Shown here: positions 37,799-47,635 of the stretch, piece after piece
How the letters are laid out: the number at the start of each line of letters is the position of its first letter
How positions within the stretch are numbered: position 1 is the first letter of the stretch
Source: Candidatus Dojkabacteria bacterium HGW-Dojkabacteria-1
Lineage (GTDB): Bacteria > Patescibacteriota > Dojkabacteria > SC72
Reading direction: 5' to 3'
Assembly (NCBI GenBank): GCA_002840365.1
Contig: PHAO01000001.1
Span: 303,514-367,513 of the forward strand
DNA: 64,000 bases
The notes under the pieces: generated by a model
Databases searched by the model: none
What the model was told of the DNA's origin: nothing
The model's input: the letters and a program-made list of their open reading frames with translations, nothing else
Translations under genes and position numbers: made by a program

Positions 37799-39100
37799 CT
37801 ATCTCTTCATATGGAAGTATGCAGTTCTAAGTCCTGTATTAGGATTATCAATCACTGCGTACTGATCTCCACAACTATCAACACCTTTTCTCAAATTACC
37901 ATCCATTGCTGCATAGACTGGGATATTAGTCCAAAGTGTACTCGTTATATCTATAGCATACCTTGGTGCTGTACATGACCCTCTTGCAGAGTGTGTAGAG
38001 CCATCTCCTGTAAGTATAACAGTACCACCAAGAGGAACTCTCATACTGCCACTAGTAATGTAGAAATACTTCCAACCAGAAGCAGACATCCACCAATAGT
38101 CAGTACTTTTTACTAGGTGTCCTGCAAATGTATTAACTTTACCGCAACCATCCCATGCCGAAGACCCAATTGTATCTATAGAGAAGTGAAGGTGTGTACC
38201 TGTACTACAAGCACTTGAACCCTCTTTTACAGTACCTATCCATGTACCTTTTGTAACCCATCCATAGTTAGCCATTTTGTCTCCATGGGCAGCTATGTAT
38301 TCCATGATTGCATTATCAAAGGAAGACTGCATAGTTCTGTATGTATCCAATTGTGCAAGAATTTCTCTTCCTCTTCTTTGAGATTCTGCAAGTAATCTCT
38401 CTCTTTCAGCTTTTTGAGCTGCAAGACTGTTTTTTTCTTCAACTAATCTTGTTTTTTCTACCTCTATATCATTTCTTTTAATTTGTAATTCAGCTCTTTC
38501 CTTTGCAAGGAGTATTTCTTCTTGTTCAAGTTCCTCAGTTCTTTTACCATAGCTTTCTAGTGAGCTTTTATCCTTCTCTCTAGTTTCAATCAAATATTTT
38601 GTTTTTCTTAATACAGTATCAATATTCTTAACATCCATTATTAATTCCAAAAAACCGACATATGAATATTTATATGATTCTGTAACTCTTTGATTTACTA
38701 CTTCCTTAAGGATATTAATCTCTTGTTTTAATATACTTAGTTGATCTTCTTTTGCTTGTATTTCTTTTGCTAAGAGATTTATCTCTACATCTTGAGCTGC
38801 AATCTCCATGTGTAATGTATTAATTACTCTTTCCGTTTCTGCTACTTGTTGAGTTATATAGTTAATCTTTTCTTGTAAAGAAAGTTGCTGATACTGTTCA
38901 TCTGCTAACTTCTTAGAGAGAGCAGACTGTTGTTTGTTTGCTTCTGCAAGCTTAGCTCTTAGGTAATCAAGACATTCTCTTGATGAAGGATCCATATTTG
39001 AAGGACAAAGGGAAGATGCGTCAGTATCCCTTGCAGGTAGATTGACTGCTGTAACAATGGTGAGGGTTACAATTGTAATTAGTAACAGAACTTTTTTCAT
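37799..39100 (-). CDS. EnvC/CwlO-like coiled-coil protein with a permuted M23 peptidase domain
   Basis: Signal peptide, long coiled coil, STGTHLHF, AID, PVYAAMDG, YFH; downstream of ftsEX. Confidence 0.85.
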   Translation of the reverse strand: MKKVLLLITIVTLTIVTAVNLPARDTDASSLCPSNMDPSSRECLDYLRAKLAEANKQQSALSKKLADEQYQQLSLQEKINYITQQVAETERVINTLHMEIAAQDVEINLLAKEIQAKEDQLSILKQEINILKEVVNQRVTESYKYSYVGFLELIMDVKNIDTVLRKTKYLIETREKDKSSLESYGKRTEELEQEEILLAKERAELQIKRNDIEVEKTRLVEEKNSLAAQKAERERLLAESQRRGREILAQLDTYRTMQSSFDNAIMEYIAAHGDKMANYGWVTKGTWIGTVKEGSSACSTGTHLHFSIDTIGSSAWDGCGKVNTFAGHLVKSTDYWWMSASGWKYFYITSGSMRVPLGGTVILTGDGSTHSARGSCTAPRYAIDITSTLWTNIPVYAAMDGNLRKGVDSCGDQYAVIDNPNTGLRTAYFHMKR

Positions 39101-39103
39101 TGT

Positions 39104-40033
39104 TTACTCACTTAAATATTTCCTTACAGCACTATAACTACTAAAAAATCCTAGTAGAGAGCCTGCCAACATGTGTATTAAAAAGTATACCAGAATAAAG
39201 GCAAGAGTGGGTTGAGTTAAAAATGGCATTTTAAAATCGATAAAGACTTGGTTAATCCAATATGCAAAATCAGTGCCTCTCGAGTAAAAGATTACAATAT
39301 ACCAAGGTACAATGATTAGGAGTGATGAAATAAATCCTCCTATTAATCCATAGAATGTACCTTCAAGAATGAATGGGGTTCTAATAAATTTGTCCGAACT
39401 ACCAACTAAATGCATAATTTCAATTTCCTCTTGATGTAGTTTAATGTTAAAACCAATAGTAACCCTTATCAAAGATATTGTTACGATTGCCATCGCAGAA
39501 ATTAACACAATAGAGCCGATATTAATAATTCTTGACAAAGTCCGCATATTTTCTACTACATCTCTAAAGTACATTACTTCATCAACAGAGGCATTAATCT
39601 CTTTGGCTCTGTTAATATTTTCAATTACTTGTAACAGGGAATCTATATCTTTAGCTCTAATTTCTAAACTGGCAGGGAGTGAGTCTGCAGTAACAGTAGA
39701 AATTAAATCAGGATTATCAGCAAAATCCTGCCTATATATTTCTAATGCCTGTTCCTGAGAAACATATTCAATCTGTTCAATTAACTCTGCATTGTAAATA
39801 CTATCTCTAAAAGTAAGGATGTCAGACTCAGAGGTCCCTTTCTTAAAGAAGACAATGACCTGAGCTTTTTGTTCATAGTAATCTACTGCCTTCTTCGTAA
39901 GAATAGACATAGAGATGAAAACAGATGAAAGTGTAAAAACAATTGCAGAAACAAATATCGTTGATACTGTTAACCATTTATTTCTTTTTACATTTCTGCT
40001 GGTAACTTTTAATAGCTTTGTAGTACTAAGCAT
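39104..40033 (-). CDS. ftsX: cell division permease FtsX
   Basis: EEIEIMHLVGSSDKFIRTPFILEG; follows ftsE. Confidence 0.93.
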   Translation of the reverse strand: MLSTTKLLKVTSRNVKRNKWLTVSTIFVSAIVFTLSSVFISMSILTKKAVDYYEQKAQVIVFFKKGTSESDILTFRDSIYNAELIEQIEYVSQEQALEIYRQDFADNPDLISTVTADSLPASLEIRAKDIDSLLQVIENINRAKEINASVDEVMYFRDVVENMRTLSRIINIGSIVLISAMAIVTISLIRVTIGFNIKLHQEEIEIMHLVGSSDKFIRTPFILEGTFYGLIGGFISSLLIIVPWYIVIFYSRGTDFAYWINQVFIDFKMPFLTQPTLAFILVYFLIHMLAGSLLGFFSSYSAVRKYLSE

Positions 40034-40949
40034 TTTTCGTATTCTTACTTAAATAATTTTTCACAAAAGTTTCTAATTCTTTGTGTTCCTCTTTTGATAA
40101 ATTCATGTTTTTCAAATCTCCAGCTGTGATATTTAAGAGAATTTCAGGAGAATTAATAGCAAATTTTAGGAATTTTTCTTTCAAAGTATCACTTAAACTA
40201 TTAAATTCGGGATGAACCTCTTTCTTTTCTTTCTTCTCCTCTTTTACCACTTCCTTTTCCTTAACTTCTTTTTTAGGTCCAATACTTTTGCCAGAATCTT
40301 CCTCCAGTCTTCCATTTACAATCTTAATAGTTCTAGCTTTGGAACCATTAACTAGGTGAAAGTCATGAGAAATTACCATGACTGTTGTACCTGTTGCATT
40401 AATAGTTTTAAGAATTTCTAATATTTGTTCTGCATTTTGCTGATCTAAGTTACCTGTAGGCTCATCTGCAATGAATAAATCCGGTTTGTTTGCTAATGCT
40501 CTCGCTATAGCACCCCTTTGCTGTTCTCCTCCTGAAAGTTCATCAGGAAACAGAGTTCTTCTTTCTCTTAATCCAACCAAATCCAAAAGATAATCAGTAG
40601 TATCAACTATTTCTTTTGGACTTTTATCAAGTATTTCTAATGCAAAAGCGATATTTTCTTCTAAAGTTTTACTCTGAAGAAGCTTTATATCTTGAAATAC
40701 TACTCCTAGCTTTTGTCTGTAAGCAGGAAGAAGTCTTCTAGTTAATTTCGGAACCTCAATATCTCTAAAGAAGATACTTCCAGAAGTAGGTATCTCTTCT
40801 CTAATTAATAATCTCATAATTGTTGATTTACCAGCACCAGATGGGCCAACAACAAAGCAAAATTCTCCTTCCTCTATATTGAAGTTGACGTCTTCTAATG
40901 CTGTGATATCTTCTTTATATCTTTTTGTAACTGTATCAAAGAGTACCAT
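40026..40949 (-). CDS. ftsE: cell division ATP-binding protein FtsE with a C-terminal extension
   Basis: GPSGAGKST, GVVFQD, LSGGEQQR, ADEPTGNLD. Confidence 0.93.
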   Translation of the reverse strand: MVLFDTVTKRYKEDITALEDVNFNIEEGEFCFVVGPSGAGKSTIMRLLIREEIPTSGSIFFRDIEVPKLTRRLLPAYRQKLGVVFQDIKLLQSKTLEENIAFALEILDKSPKEIVDTTDYLLDLVGLRERRTLFPDELSGGEQQRGAIARALANKPDLFIADEPTGNLDQQNAEQILEILKTINATGTTVMVISHDFHLVNGSKARTIKIVNGRLEEDSGKSIGPKKEVKEKEVVKEEKKEKKEVHPEFNSLSDTLKEKFLKFAINSPEILLNITAGDLKNMNLSKEEHKELETFVKNYLSKNTKNA

Positions 40950-40981
40950 GTATTCTAGGCAGTTAGGTTATACAACATATA

Positions 40982-42064
40982 TTACTGTATTCTTACTTGA
41001 GCTTCAACAAATTCATCTATTTCCCCATCTAATACACTTTCCGGATTACTAGTTTCTATTCCAGTTCTCAAATCTTTTACTAATTTGTATGGATGTAATA
41101 TGTAGTTTCGTATTTGGTTTCCCCAACCTGCAACCTTATGCTCTCCTTTTATCTCAGATATTTCTTTAAGTCTGTTTTCCTCAATTATCTTCCAAAGCTT
41201 ACCTCGCAGTATTTGCATTGCTCTCTCTCTGTTTTGTAACTGGCTTCTACCTTCAGAACAGTGTACAGATATTCCTGTTGGTATATGTGTAATTTGAACA
41301 GCAGAAGATGTTTTGTTTACATTCTGTCCTCCTGGACCACCTGATTTTACTGCTTTAAAATCAATGTCACTTTCGGGTATCTCAATATCTTGATTTAATT
41401 CCTCCATTACAGGCATAACTTCTACTCCAGCAAAGGATGTTTGTCTAAGATTTTGTGCATTAAAGGGAGAGAGCCTAATTAATCTGTGTGTACCATGCTC
41501 TTTTTTAAGTAGCCCATACACGTACTTACCATTTACATCGATAGTTACAGTGGATATACCAACTTCATTCCCCTTTGTAATATCTGTGACCTTGTAGGTC
41601 CATCCTTTTTTCTCAAAATATTTTGTATACATTCTAAAAAGCATTTCTGCCCAATCATTTGCTTCTGTACCTCCTTGTCCTGCATGAATTGAAAAGATTG
41701 CATTGCTTTTGTCGTATTTTCCTGAAAGAAATTTAAGTGTTTCAAAAGAAGCGATTTTTTCTTTCAAGGATTTGAAATCTGTTAAAAGAGAATCTGTTTC
41801 TTCCTCTGGTAATTCTTCATACAAAGAGAGTAGGGTTTCCGATTCTTCCTTCAATTGTTTTAAAGTTGATATTTCATCTGTAATCTCACTTATTTGTGCC
41901 AATATATTCTGTGCATTCTTTTGATCCTCCCAAAGGTCTTCCCTGGTACTTTCTTTTGTAAGTATTGCTAAGGCACTTTCTTTTGATGGGATATCCAAAG
42001 AAAGCTCTATATCATGTAACTTCTCTATTAATTCAGTTATATCTTTTTTACTAATTGTACTCAT
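40982..42064 (-). CDS. prfB: peptide chain release factor 2 (no programmed frameshift)
   Basis: GGTEANDWAEML, SPF, GGQ; one continuous ORF. Confidence 0.96.
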   Translation of the reverse strand: MSTISKKDITELIEKLHDIELSLDIPSKESALAILTKESTREDLWEDQKNAQNILAQISEITDEISTLKQLKEESETLLSLYEELPEEETDSLLTDFKSLKEKIASFETLKFLSGKYDKSNAIFSIHAGQGGTEANDWAEMLFRMYTKYFEKKGWTYKVTDITKGNEVGISTVTIDVNGKYVYGLLKKEHGTHRLIRLSPFNAQNLRQTSFAGVEVMPVMEELNQDIEIPESDIDFKAVKSGGPGGQNVNKTSSAVQITHIPTGISVHCSEGRSQLQNRERAMQILRGKLWKIIEENRLKEISEIKGEHKVAGWGNQIRNYILHPYKLVKDLRTGIETSNPESVLDGEIDEFVEAQVRIQ

Positions 42065-42110
42065 TTGTGTATATTATACTAGTTTTTTACTTAATGACTA
42101 ATCTGCTAAT

Positions 42111-43763
42111 ATGTTTGGCCTATTCAACAAAAAAGAACAACAAAATTTAAATGGTTTCCTTGCTATTGATGGGAAGGAATTTGTTACTTTAGTAATACTT
42201 GATGGTTTTGGTATTCATCCAGATCCAGAGGGTAATTCTGTATTAGCAGCTAAGACTCCCTTTTTAGATTTAGCATGGTCTAAGAGTAGATCTACTTTGA
42301 TTCATGCTTCTGGTACATATGTGGGTTTGCCAGGAGAAGAAGATGGAAACTCAGAGGTTGGACATCTTAACCTTGGTGCAGGGCAAGTAGTATATCAAAC
42401 ATTACCAAGAATTAATGATGCAATATCAACACATGAACTAGACAAAAATGATGTTCTTAAAGAGACCTTTTCACAAGTGAGGAAAAGAAATTCCAATTTA
42501 CATTTGGTAGGGGTATTAAGTGCAGCCGGTGTGCATGGACATATTAAGCATCTTTTCTCCCTTATGGAGCTTGCTAAAGCTAATGGTGTAAATCCATATA
42601 TTCATGTAATGCTCGATGGAAGAGACACTCCACCTAAGGATGGCTTTTTGTATTTAAACAAATTAAATGAAAAGATAGCGGAATTAGGAGTAGGAAGAAT
42701 TGCGTCTATGCAAGGAAGATTCTATGGAATGGATAGGGATAACAGGTGGGAAAGGATAAAATTAGCATATGATGCTATGGTAGGTCTTTCTCAAGAGACT
42801 TTCCAAGACCCTATTGTGGCTATACAGAATGCATATGCAAAAAATGAGACTGATCAATTCTTCAAACCAAGAACTAGAGTAGATGCGGCAGGTAAACCTG
42901 TAGGTCCAATTAGACAAAACGATGTAGTGATATATTGGAATTTCAGAGAGGATAGGGCGAGAGAATTGACTAAAGCTTTTGTTTTGAGAGATTTTAATCA
43001 CTTTGTTAGAAGAGATTTTCCAGAAAATCTTTACTTTGCGACAATGACTGGTTATGAAGAAGGTATACCTGCACATGTAATCTTTCCTCCTAAAAAGATT
43101 AAAAAATCTTTGGCTTCATATCTTGCAGACAACAATATGAATCAATTACATGTTTCAGAAACTGAAAAGAATATGCATGTAACTTACTTCTTTAATGGTG
43201 GTATCGAGGCTCCACATAAAGGTGAACAAAATATTAACATTCCTTCTCCAAGAGTAGATAACTATGCAATGGTTCCTGCTATGAGTGCAGAATTAATCAG
43301 AGATGAAGTTTTAAACAATATAAAGAATATAAAGAGTAATGGATACAAATTTATCCTTATCAATTTCGCAAATCCTGATATGCTAGGTCACACAGGGGAT
43401 TTTAAAGCAGCAGTGATGGGGAATGAGATTGTAGATAATCTAACTGCACAAATTGCAAAAGCAACCTTAGAATTAGGAGGTGCCGCTATTATTACTGCTG
43501 ACCATGGTAATTGTGAGACTATGGTAAACAGGGTAACAAAAGAAATAGATATTGCACACACGAATAATCCTGTACCAATGATTATTATGACAGATAAAGA
43601 GGAAATGGTTCCTACACAGGGAATGAATATTCTTAAGGTTGGAACAGGTCCAAATGCAAAATCAACAGGACTACTAGCAGATGTTGCTCCTACATGCTTA
43701 GGTCTTCTTGGTTTAGAGGTCCCTGATAGTATGACAGGTGTTGATTTAAGAACGGTACTTTAA
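42111..43763 (+). CDS. gpmI: 2,3-bisphosphoglycerate-independent phosphoglycerate mutase
   Basis: ILDGFG, GNSEVGH, MDRDNRWER, NPDMLGHTG, TADHGN. Confidence 0.97.
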   Translation: MFGLFNKKEQQNLNGFLAIDGKEFVTLVILDGFGIHPDPEGNSVLAAKTPFLDLAWSKSRSTLIHASGTYVGLPGEEDGNSEVGHLNLGAGQVVYQTLPRINDAISTHELDKNDVLKETFSQVRKRNSNLHLVGVLSAAGVHGHIKHLFSLMELAKANGVNPYIHVMLDGRDTPPKDGFLYLNKLNEKIAELGVGRIASMQGRFYGMDRDNRWERIKLAYDAMVGLSQETFQDPIVAIQNAYAKNETDQFFKPRTRVDAAGKPVGPIRQNDVVIYWNFREDRARELTKAFVLRDFNHFVRRDFPENLYFATMTGYEEGIPAHVIFPPKKIKKSLASYLADNNMNQLHVSETEKNMHVTYFFNGGIEAPHKGEQNINIPSPRVDNYAMVPAMSAELIRDEVLNNIKNIKSNGYKFILINFANPDMLGHTGDFKAAVMGNEIVDNLTAQIAKATLELGGAAIITADHGNCETMVNRVTKEIDIAHTNNPVPMIIMTDKEEMVPTQGMNILKVGTGPNAKSTGLLADVAPTCLGLLGLEVPDSMTGVDLRTVL

Positions 43764-44531
43764 TCAAAAGAAAAGTACTATTAACAGTACTATTCCCAAA
43801 AATATTCTATAGTATCCAAAGATACTTAACCATTTTTCTTTCTTTATATTTCTTAAGAGTATTAGTGCTAGATATGCAAAAAGAGAAGAAACAATTATTC
43901 CTACAAAATGTGTAATATTAAAACCATCTTGAGGGGAATATTTGAAAATACCGTATATAGAAGTACCTAAAAGTATCGGTATACCAAGAAGAAAAGAGTA
44001 CTGTAGTGCACTGTATTTATTTACTCCTGAAAGAATACCTGCAATCGTTGTTATACCTGATCTTGATGTCCCAGGAATAAGAGCAACAATTTGTGCCAAA
44101 CCCATTGTTAATGATTGTTTCCATGAGATTTCTCTAAGGTTAGATTCTTGTTTTTCTTTGTATTTTCTCTCAACCAATATCATTACAAGACCCCAGAATA
44201 TTAAGGAGAGAGCAATGAATATTTCTCCTCTTAATATTCCCTCTATTATAGATTGTAAGAAAAAACCAACTACTGCGGCAGGAATTGTTGATACAAGAAT
44301 TTTTAAATAGAAAGAATGAGTATCTTTTTGAAGAATTTCCTTAAAAAGAGTTGGAGCAAAATATACAACAATGGCTATGGTTGTACCTAAATGAAGTAAT
44401 GCAAGAATGTATGTATCTGCTTCTAACCCAATTAATTTACCGGTTAAGATTAAGTGTGCACTACTAGAAATGGGTAAGAGTTCCGTAATACCCTGTTCAA
44501 TTGCTAATAATATGACCTTAAACATCTCCAT
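43764..44531 (-). CDS. uppP: undecaprenyl-diphosphatase
   Basis: QGITELLPISSSAHL, IPGTSRSGIT, FGYYR. Confidence 0.95.
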   Translation of the reverse strand: MEMFKVILLAIEQGITELLPISSSAHLILTGKLIGLEADTYILALLHLGTTIAIVVYFAPTLFKEILQKDTHSFYLKILVSTIPAAVVGFFLQSIIEGILRGEIFIALSLIFWGLVMILVERKYKEKQESNLREISWKQSLTMGLAQIVALIPGTSRSGITTIAGILSGVNKYSALQYSFLLGIPILLGTSIYGIFKYSPQDGFNITHFVGIIVSSLFAYLALILLRNIKKEKWLSIFGYYRIFLGIVLLIVLFF

Positions 44532-44578
44532 ATATTTTGATATGCTAGATTAATTACATGTGGTAATATCTTACTGTT

Positions 44579-45268
44579 ATGATATTAAAAAATCTAGTTG
44601 TATATGTTCTTACTTTAATAATACTTGGTGTATCCCCTATATTAAGTCATGCTGCTTCTCCTAGTTTTTCCTTCTATCCTCAAAATGGTAGTGTAAGAGA
44701 TGCCTCTAAAGGTTTTACAGTTGATATATTAATAGATTCTGCAGGAGAAAGAATTACAAAAGCTAGGTTTGCAGTAACATTTGATCCGACCAAAATACAA
44801 ATTGTTAAAGCGAATAGGAATAATACTCTCTTTGATCAATGGCCTGAGGATGAAAGTACAATAGATAATCAGAGAGGGATGGTAATGCTAACTGGTTTTA
44901 CTCAATCAGGTGGTACAAAAAGTCTCTACCTAACCGAGGGAGAGCCAGACGTTATGGCAAGATTAGAATTTGAAGTTATTACTGAAGAAAAAGGAGAGAT
45001 AGTATTGAATTTCGAATATTCAGGAGGTGACGATTTATTCAAATCTGTAATTATGAAAGAGGGTAGTCCTCCTCAAAATGTTCTAGCTTCTCAACCAGAA
45101 TCAGCAAATTTTGCATTAAGAGGATTTGTAAGTCCAAGTACTGCCATAGAACCAAGCCATCTTGGTATTGTTGCTGGTTTAGTTTTAATTGCAGTAGGTA
45201 TCTTTATCAGTAATTCTAAAGTATCTTCTTTTAGAAAACGTAAGGGTACTGTTGTATTGTATGAATAA
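44579..45268 (+). CDS. cohesin-like domain surface protein with a C-terminal TM
   Basis: Signal peptide; FTVDILID...VTFDP; C-terminal TM plus basic tail. Confidence 0.7.
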   Translation: MILKNLVVYVLTLIILGVSPILSHAASPSFSFYPQNGSVRDASKGFTVDILIDSAGERITKARFAVTFDPTKIQIVKANRNNTLFDQWPEDESTIDNQRGMVMLTGFTQSGGTKSLYLTEGEPDVMARLEFEVITEEKGEIVLNFEYSGGDDLFKSVIMKEGSPPQNVLASQPESANFALRGFVSPSTAIEPSHLGIVAGLVLIAVGIFISNSKVSSFRKRKGTVVLYE

Positions 45269-46370
45269 AGATATTTCAAATCTTAAAGTAGCTATTGTTT
45301 CTGATCACTATTTTACTTTTGCTGGGGCTAGCTTTGTTACAAAAGAGCTAGGTTCTTTGTTTAAAAATCCACATTACTATTTTTTAATGGGTGATTCAAT
45401 CAAGGCAAAGAAATATTTCAAAACGAATAGGATATTTTTCACTGGATTAAACAAATTCCCACTATTGAAAAAATACTACAGATATACATACTTTCTTTGG
45501 CCAGTATTTATAGAAACTTTTGATTTCTCTAAATATGATTTAGTAATTTCAAGTAGTTTTTCAGTTTCTCATGGTGTAATAACGGGTATTTATACAAAAC
45601 ATATTGCATATATTCATACCCCTATGAGATATGCATGGGATTTAACCAATGAATACTTTCCTTCAAAGACATTTTTTCTTAAAAGATTGATTGTTCATTT
45701 CTTTTTGAACTTTTTAAGAATATGGGATGTATATGCTTCTAGTAGGGCAGATTGTATTCTTGCAAATTCAAATTTTGTAAGAGACAGGGTAACGAAATAT
45801 TGGAAAAGGAATGTAGACAAAGTAATACATCCTCCAGTGAGTTTGTATAAAGGTAAAACTATTACAAGAAGAGAGAAGTATTTTGTTGCAGGAGCACCCT
45901 TTGAACCTAACAAGGGGGGATATTTTATCTTACATTGTGCTTCTAAGTTAGGTTTCGAATTAAAAGTAATTGGTATAGGAGATTCATACAAAAAATTAAG
46001 GAAAAAATACTCTAAAAACGAAAACATACATTTCTTAGGAAAAGTTACCGACAAGGAAAAATATGATGTACTATCAAAAGCACAAGGTTTCATATGCTCT
46101 GGTACAGAAGATTTTGGTATTTTCCCTGTAGAAGCAATGTCTTGTGGTACTCCTGTTTTGGCGATTAGAAAGGGTGGGTATTTAGATTTTGTACAGGAAG
46201 GTGTTAATGGAATGTTTTTTGACTATCAAATTGTTGAATCATTTGAAACTGTATACAAATCTTTTAAAAAGAAAAAATGGGATTATGCAAAAGTAAAAGA
46301 CTCTGTAAAAGGCTTTGCTAAAGAGAGATTTGAGAAAGAAATAAAAACTTTCGTATTGAAAAATATCTAA
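45261..46370 (+). CDS. glycosyltransferase family 4
   Basis: YIHTPMRYAWD, EDFGIFPVEAMSCGTPV. Confidence 0.92.
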   Translation: MNKDISNLKVAIVSDHYFTFAGASFVTKELGSLFKNPHYYFLMGDSIKAKKYFKTNRIFFTGLNKFPLLKKYYRYTYFLWPVFIETFDFSKYDLVISSSFSVSHGVITGIYTKHIAYIHTPMRYAWDLTNEYFPSKTFFLKRLIVHFFLNFLRIWDVYASSRADCILANSNFVRDRVTKYWKRNVDKVIHPPVSLYKGKTITRREKYFVAGAPFEPNKGGYFILHCASKLGFELKVIGIGDSYKKLRKKYSKNENIHFLGKVTDKEKYDVLSKAQGFICSGTEDFGIFPVEAMSCGTPVLAIRKGGYLDFVQEGVNGMFFDYQIVESFETVYKSFKKKKWDYAKVKDSVKGFAKERFEKEIKTFVLKNI

Positions 46371-46395
46371 TAGATTGTTATTATACATACTATAT

Positions 46396-46471
46396 GCCTA
46401 GATAGCTCAGTTGGTAGAGCATCTGTCTGAAGAACAGAGGGTCCTCAGTTCAAATCTGAGTCTAGGCACCA
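46396..46471 (+). tRNA. tRNA-Phe(GAA)
   Basis: Acceptor GCCTAGA/TCTAGGC plus ACCA; anticodon arm TCTGT-CT-GAA-GA-ACAGA. Confidence 0.97.
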
Positions 46472-46472
46472 G

Positions 46473-46549
46473 GCGAGAGTAGTTCAGTTGGCTAGAACGA
46501 CACATTGCCAATGTGTAGGTCGCGGGTTCGAACCCCGTCTCTCGCTCCA
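46473..46549 (+). tRNA. tRNA-Gly(GCC)
   Basis: Acceptor GCGAGAG/CTCTCGC plus TCCA; anticodon arm ACACA-TT-GCC-AA-TGTGT. Confidence 0.97.
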
Positions 46550-46569
46550 GTATTTTACCCTCTAAAACA

Positions 46570-46942
46570 ATGTCTCCAGAACATTCAAGATTTGCTCCAG
46601 AAGATTTTTTTTTCAATACAAGAGTTACAGGAATGGGGGGTAAAGTCTCTACTTGAATTAGAGGAAGAAATGGGTTCATATCTAAATATTGTTTTAAGAA
46701 ATTATAAATATGGAACACGCTTCATGCATGCAGAAGCATATGAACTTTGTTGTGCTGGAATAATGTGGCCTGAGTTTTTATACGATCCTAAAAGGTCAAA
46801 CTATGTTCTAGCGTTTCATTCACTCAATACATTAGAAAATCAGGACTTAAGGTTTGCTTTTGAAGATTGGTTTAACCTTAATAGGGGTGAAATTGCAGAG
46901 AGGGCTGCAGAGGCTTTAGGGAAAGAGATAGAAACTATTTAA
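46570..46942 (+). pseudogene. hypothetical protein interrupted at a T9 homopolymer
   Basis: MSPEHSRFAPEDFF joins SIQELQEWGVKSLLELEEEMG... if one T of 46605-46613 is removed. Confidence 0.6.
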
Positions 46943-47553
46943 ATAGATTGTCTTATTTTTCTCATAATCTTCTTCTTACTCTTGTAAAGCAAGTATCCAA
47001 TAGTACCTCCCACCAATATAATTATTATCCATCTATCCAATATCTTTATATAATCAGTTACTAATTCCCAATTTTCTCCTGCTTCTAGACCAATAAAAGA
47101 GATTAGGATTGTATATGTAAACATGCCAAGAAATATTGCTACTACATATTGAAAGAGATTTACCTTTACATATCCTGCTGCAATACTTGCTACAATTCTT
47201 AACCATGGTATTAATCTTGTAATATATACATATATAAAACCTCTCTTTCTCACTATTTTTTTGTTGCTCTCTATCTTCTCTGTATCTATATGTAAGAATT
47301 TACCTTTACCATTTAACCATTTATACAAAACATCTTCTGTGAATATATAACCGATAAAGTAGGTAGGTATTCCACCTACTAAGGCACCAAATGAAGCGGC
47401 TAGAGCTGTAAACCAAATATTAGAATCGGGTGTTGCAGAGAAAAGTGCAATAACTATTTCAGAGGGGAAAAGGCCAAGCGATGAGAGAAATACTCCCCAA
47501 TATCCCATATCTACTAAAATTTCTACAGTTTTTGTTAAAAGAAAATCTATCAT
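46939..47553 (-). CDS. DedA family membrane protein
   Basis: FPSEIV, TRLIPWLRIVASIAAG. Confidence 0.92.
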   Translation of the reverse strand: MIDFLLTKTVEILVDMGYWGVFLSSLGLFPSEIVIALFSATPDSNIWFTALAASFGALVGGIPTYFIGYIFTEDVLYKWLNGKGKFLHIDTEKIESNKKIVRKRGFIYVYITRLIPWLRIVASIAAGYVKVNLFQYVVAIFLGMFTYTILISFIGLEAGENWELVTDYIKILDRWIIIILVGGTIGYLLYKSKKKIMRKIRQSI

Positions 47554-47635
47554 GTATACAATTATGATAGTAACAGATATTTAAAAATCTTTGAATTGTC
47601 TTTCAAAATATATTGGAGTAGTATAAACTTTTCGT

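Noticed and set aside
46407-46718. ORFs overlapping tRNA-Phe/Gly (46407-46718 -, and the 5' part of 46505-46942 +)
   Set aside because: Spurious translations of tRNA genes
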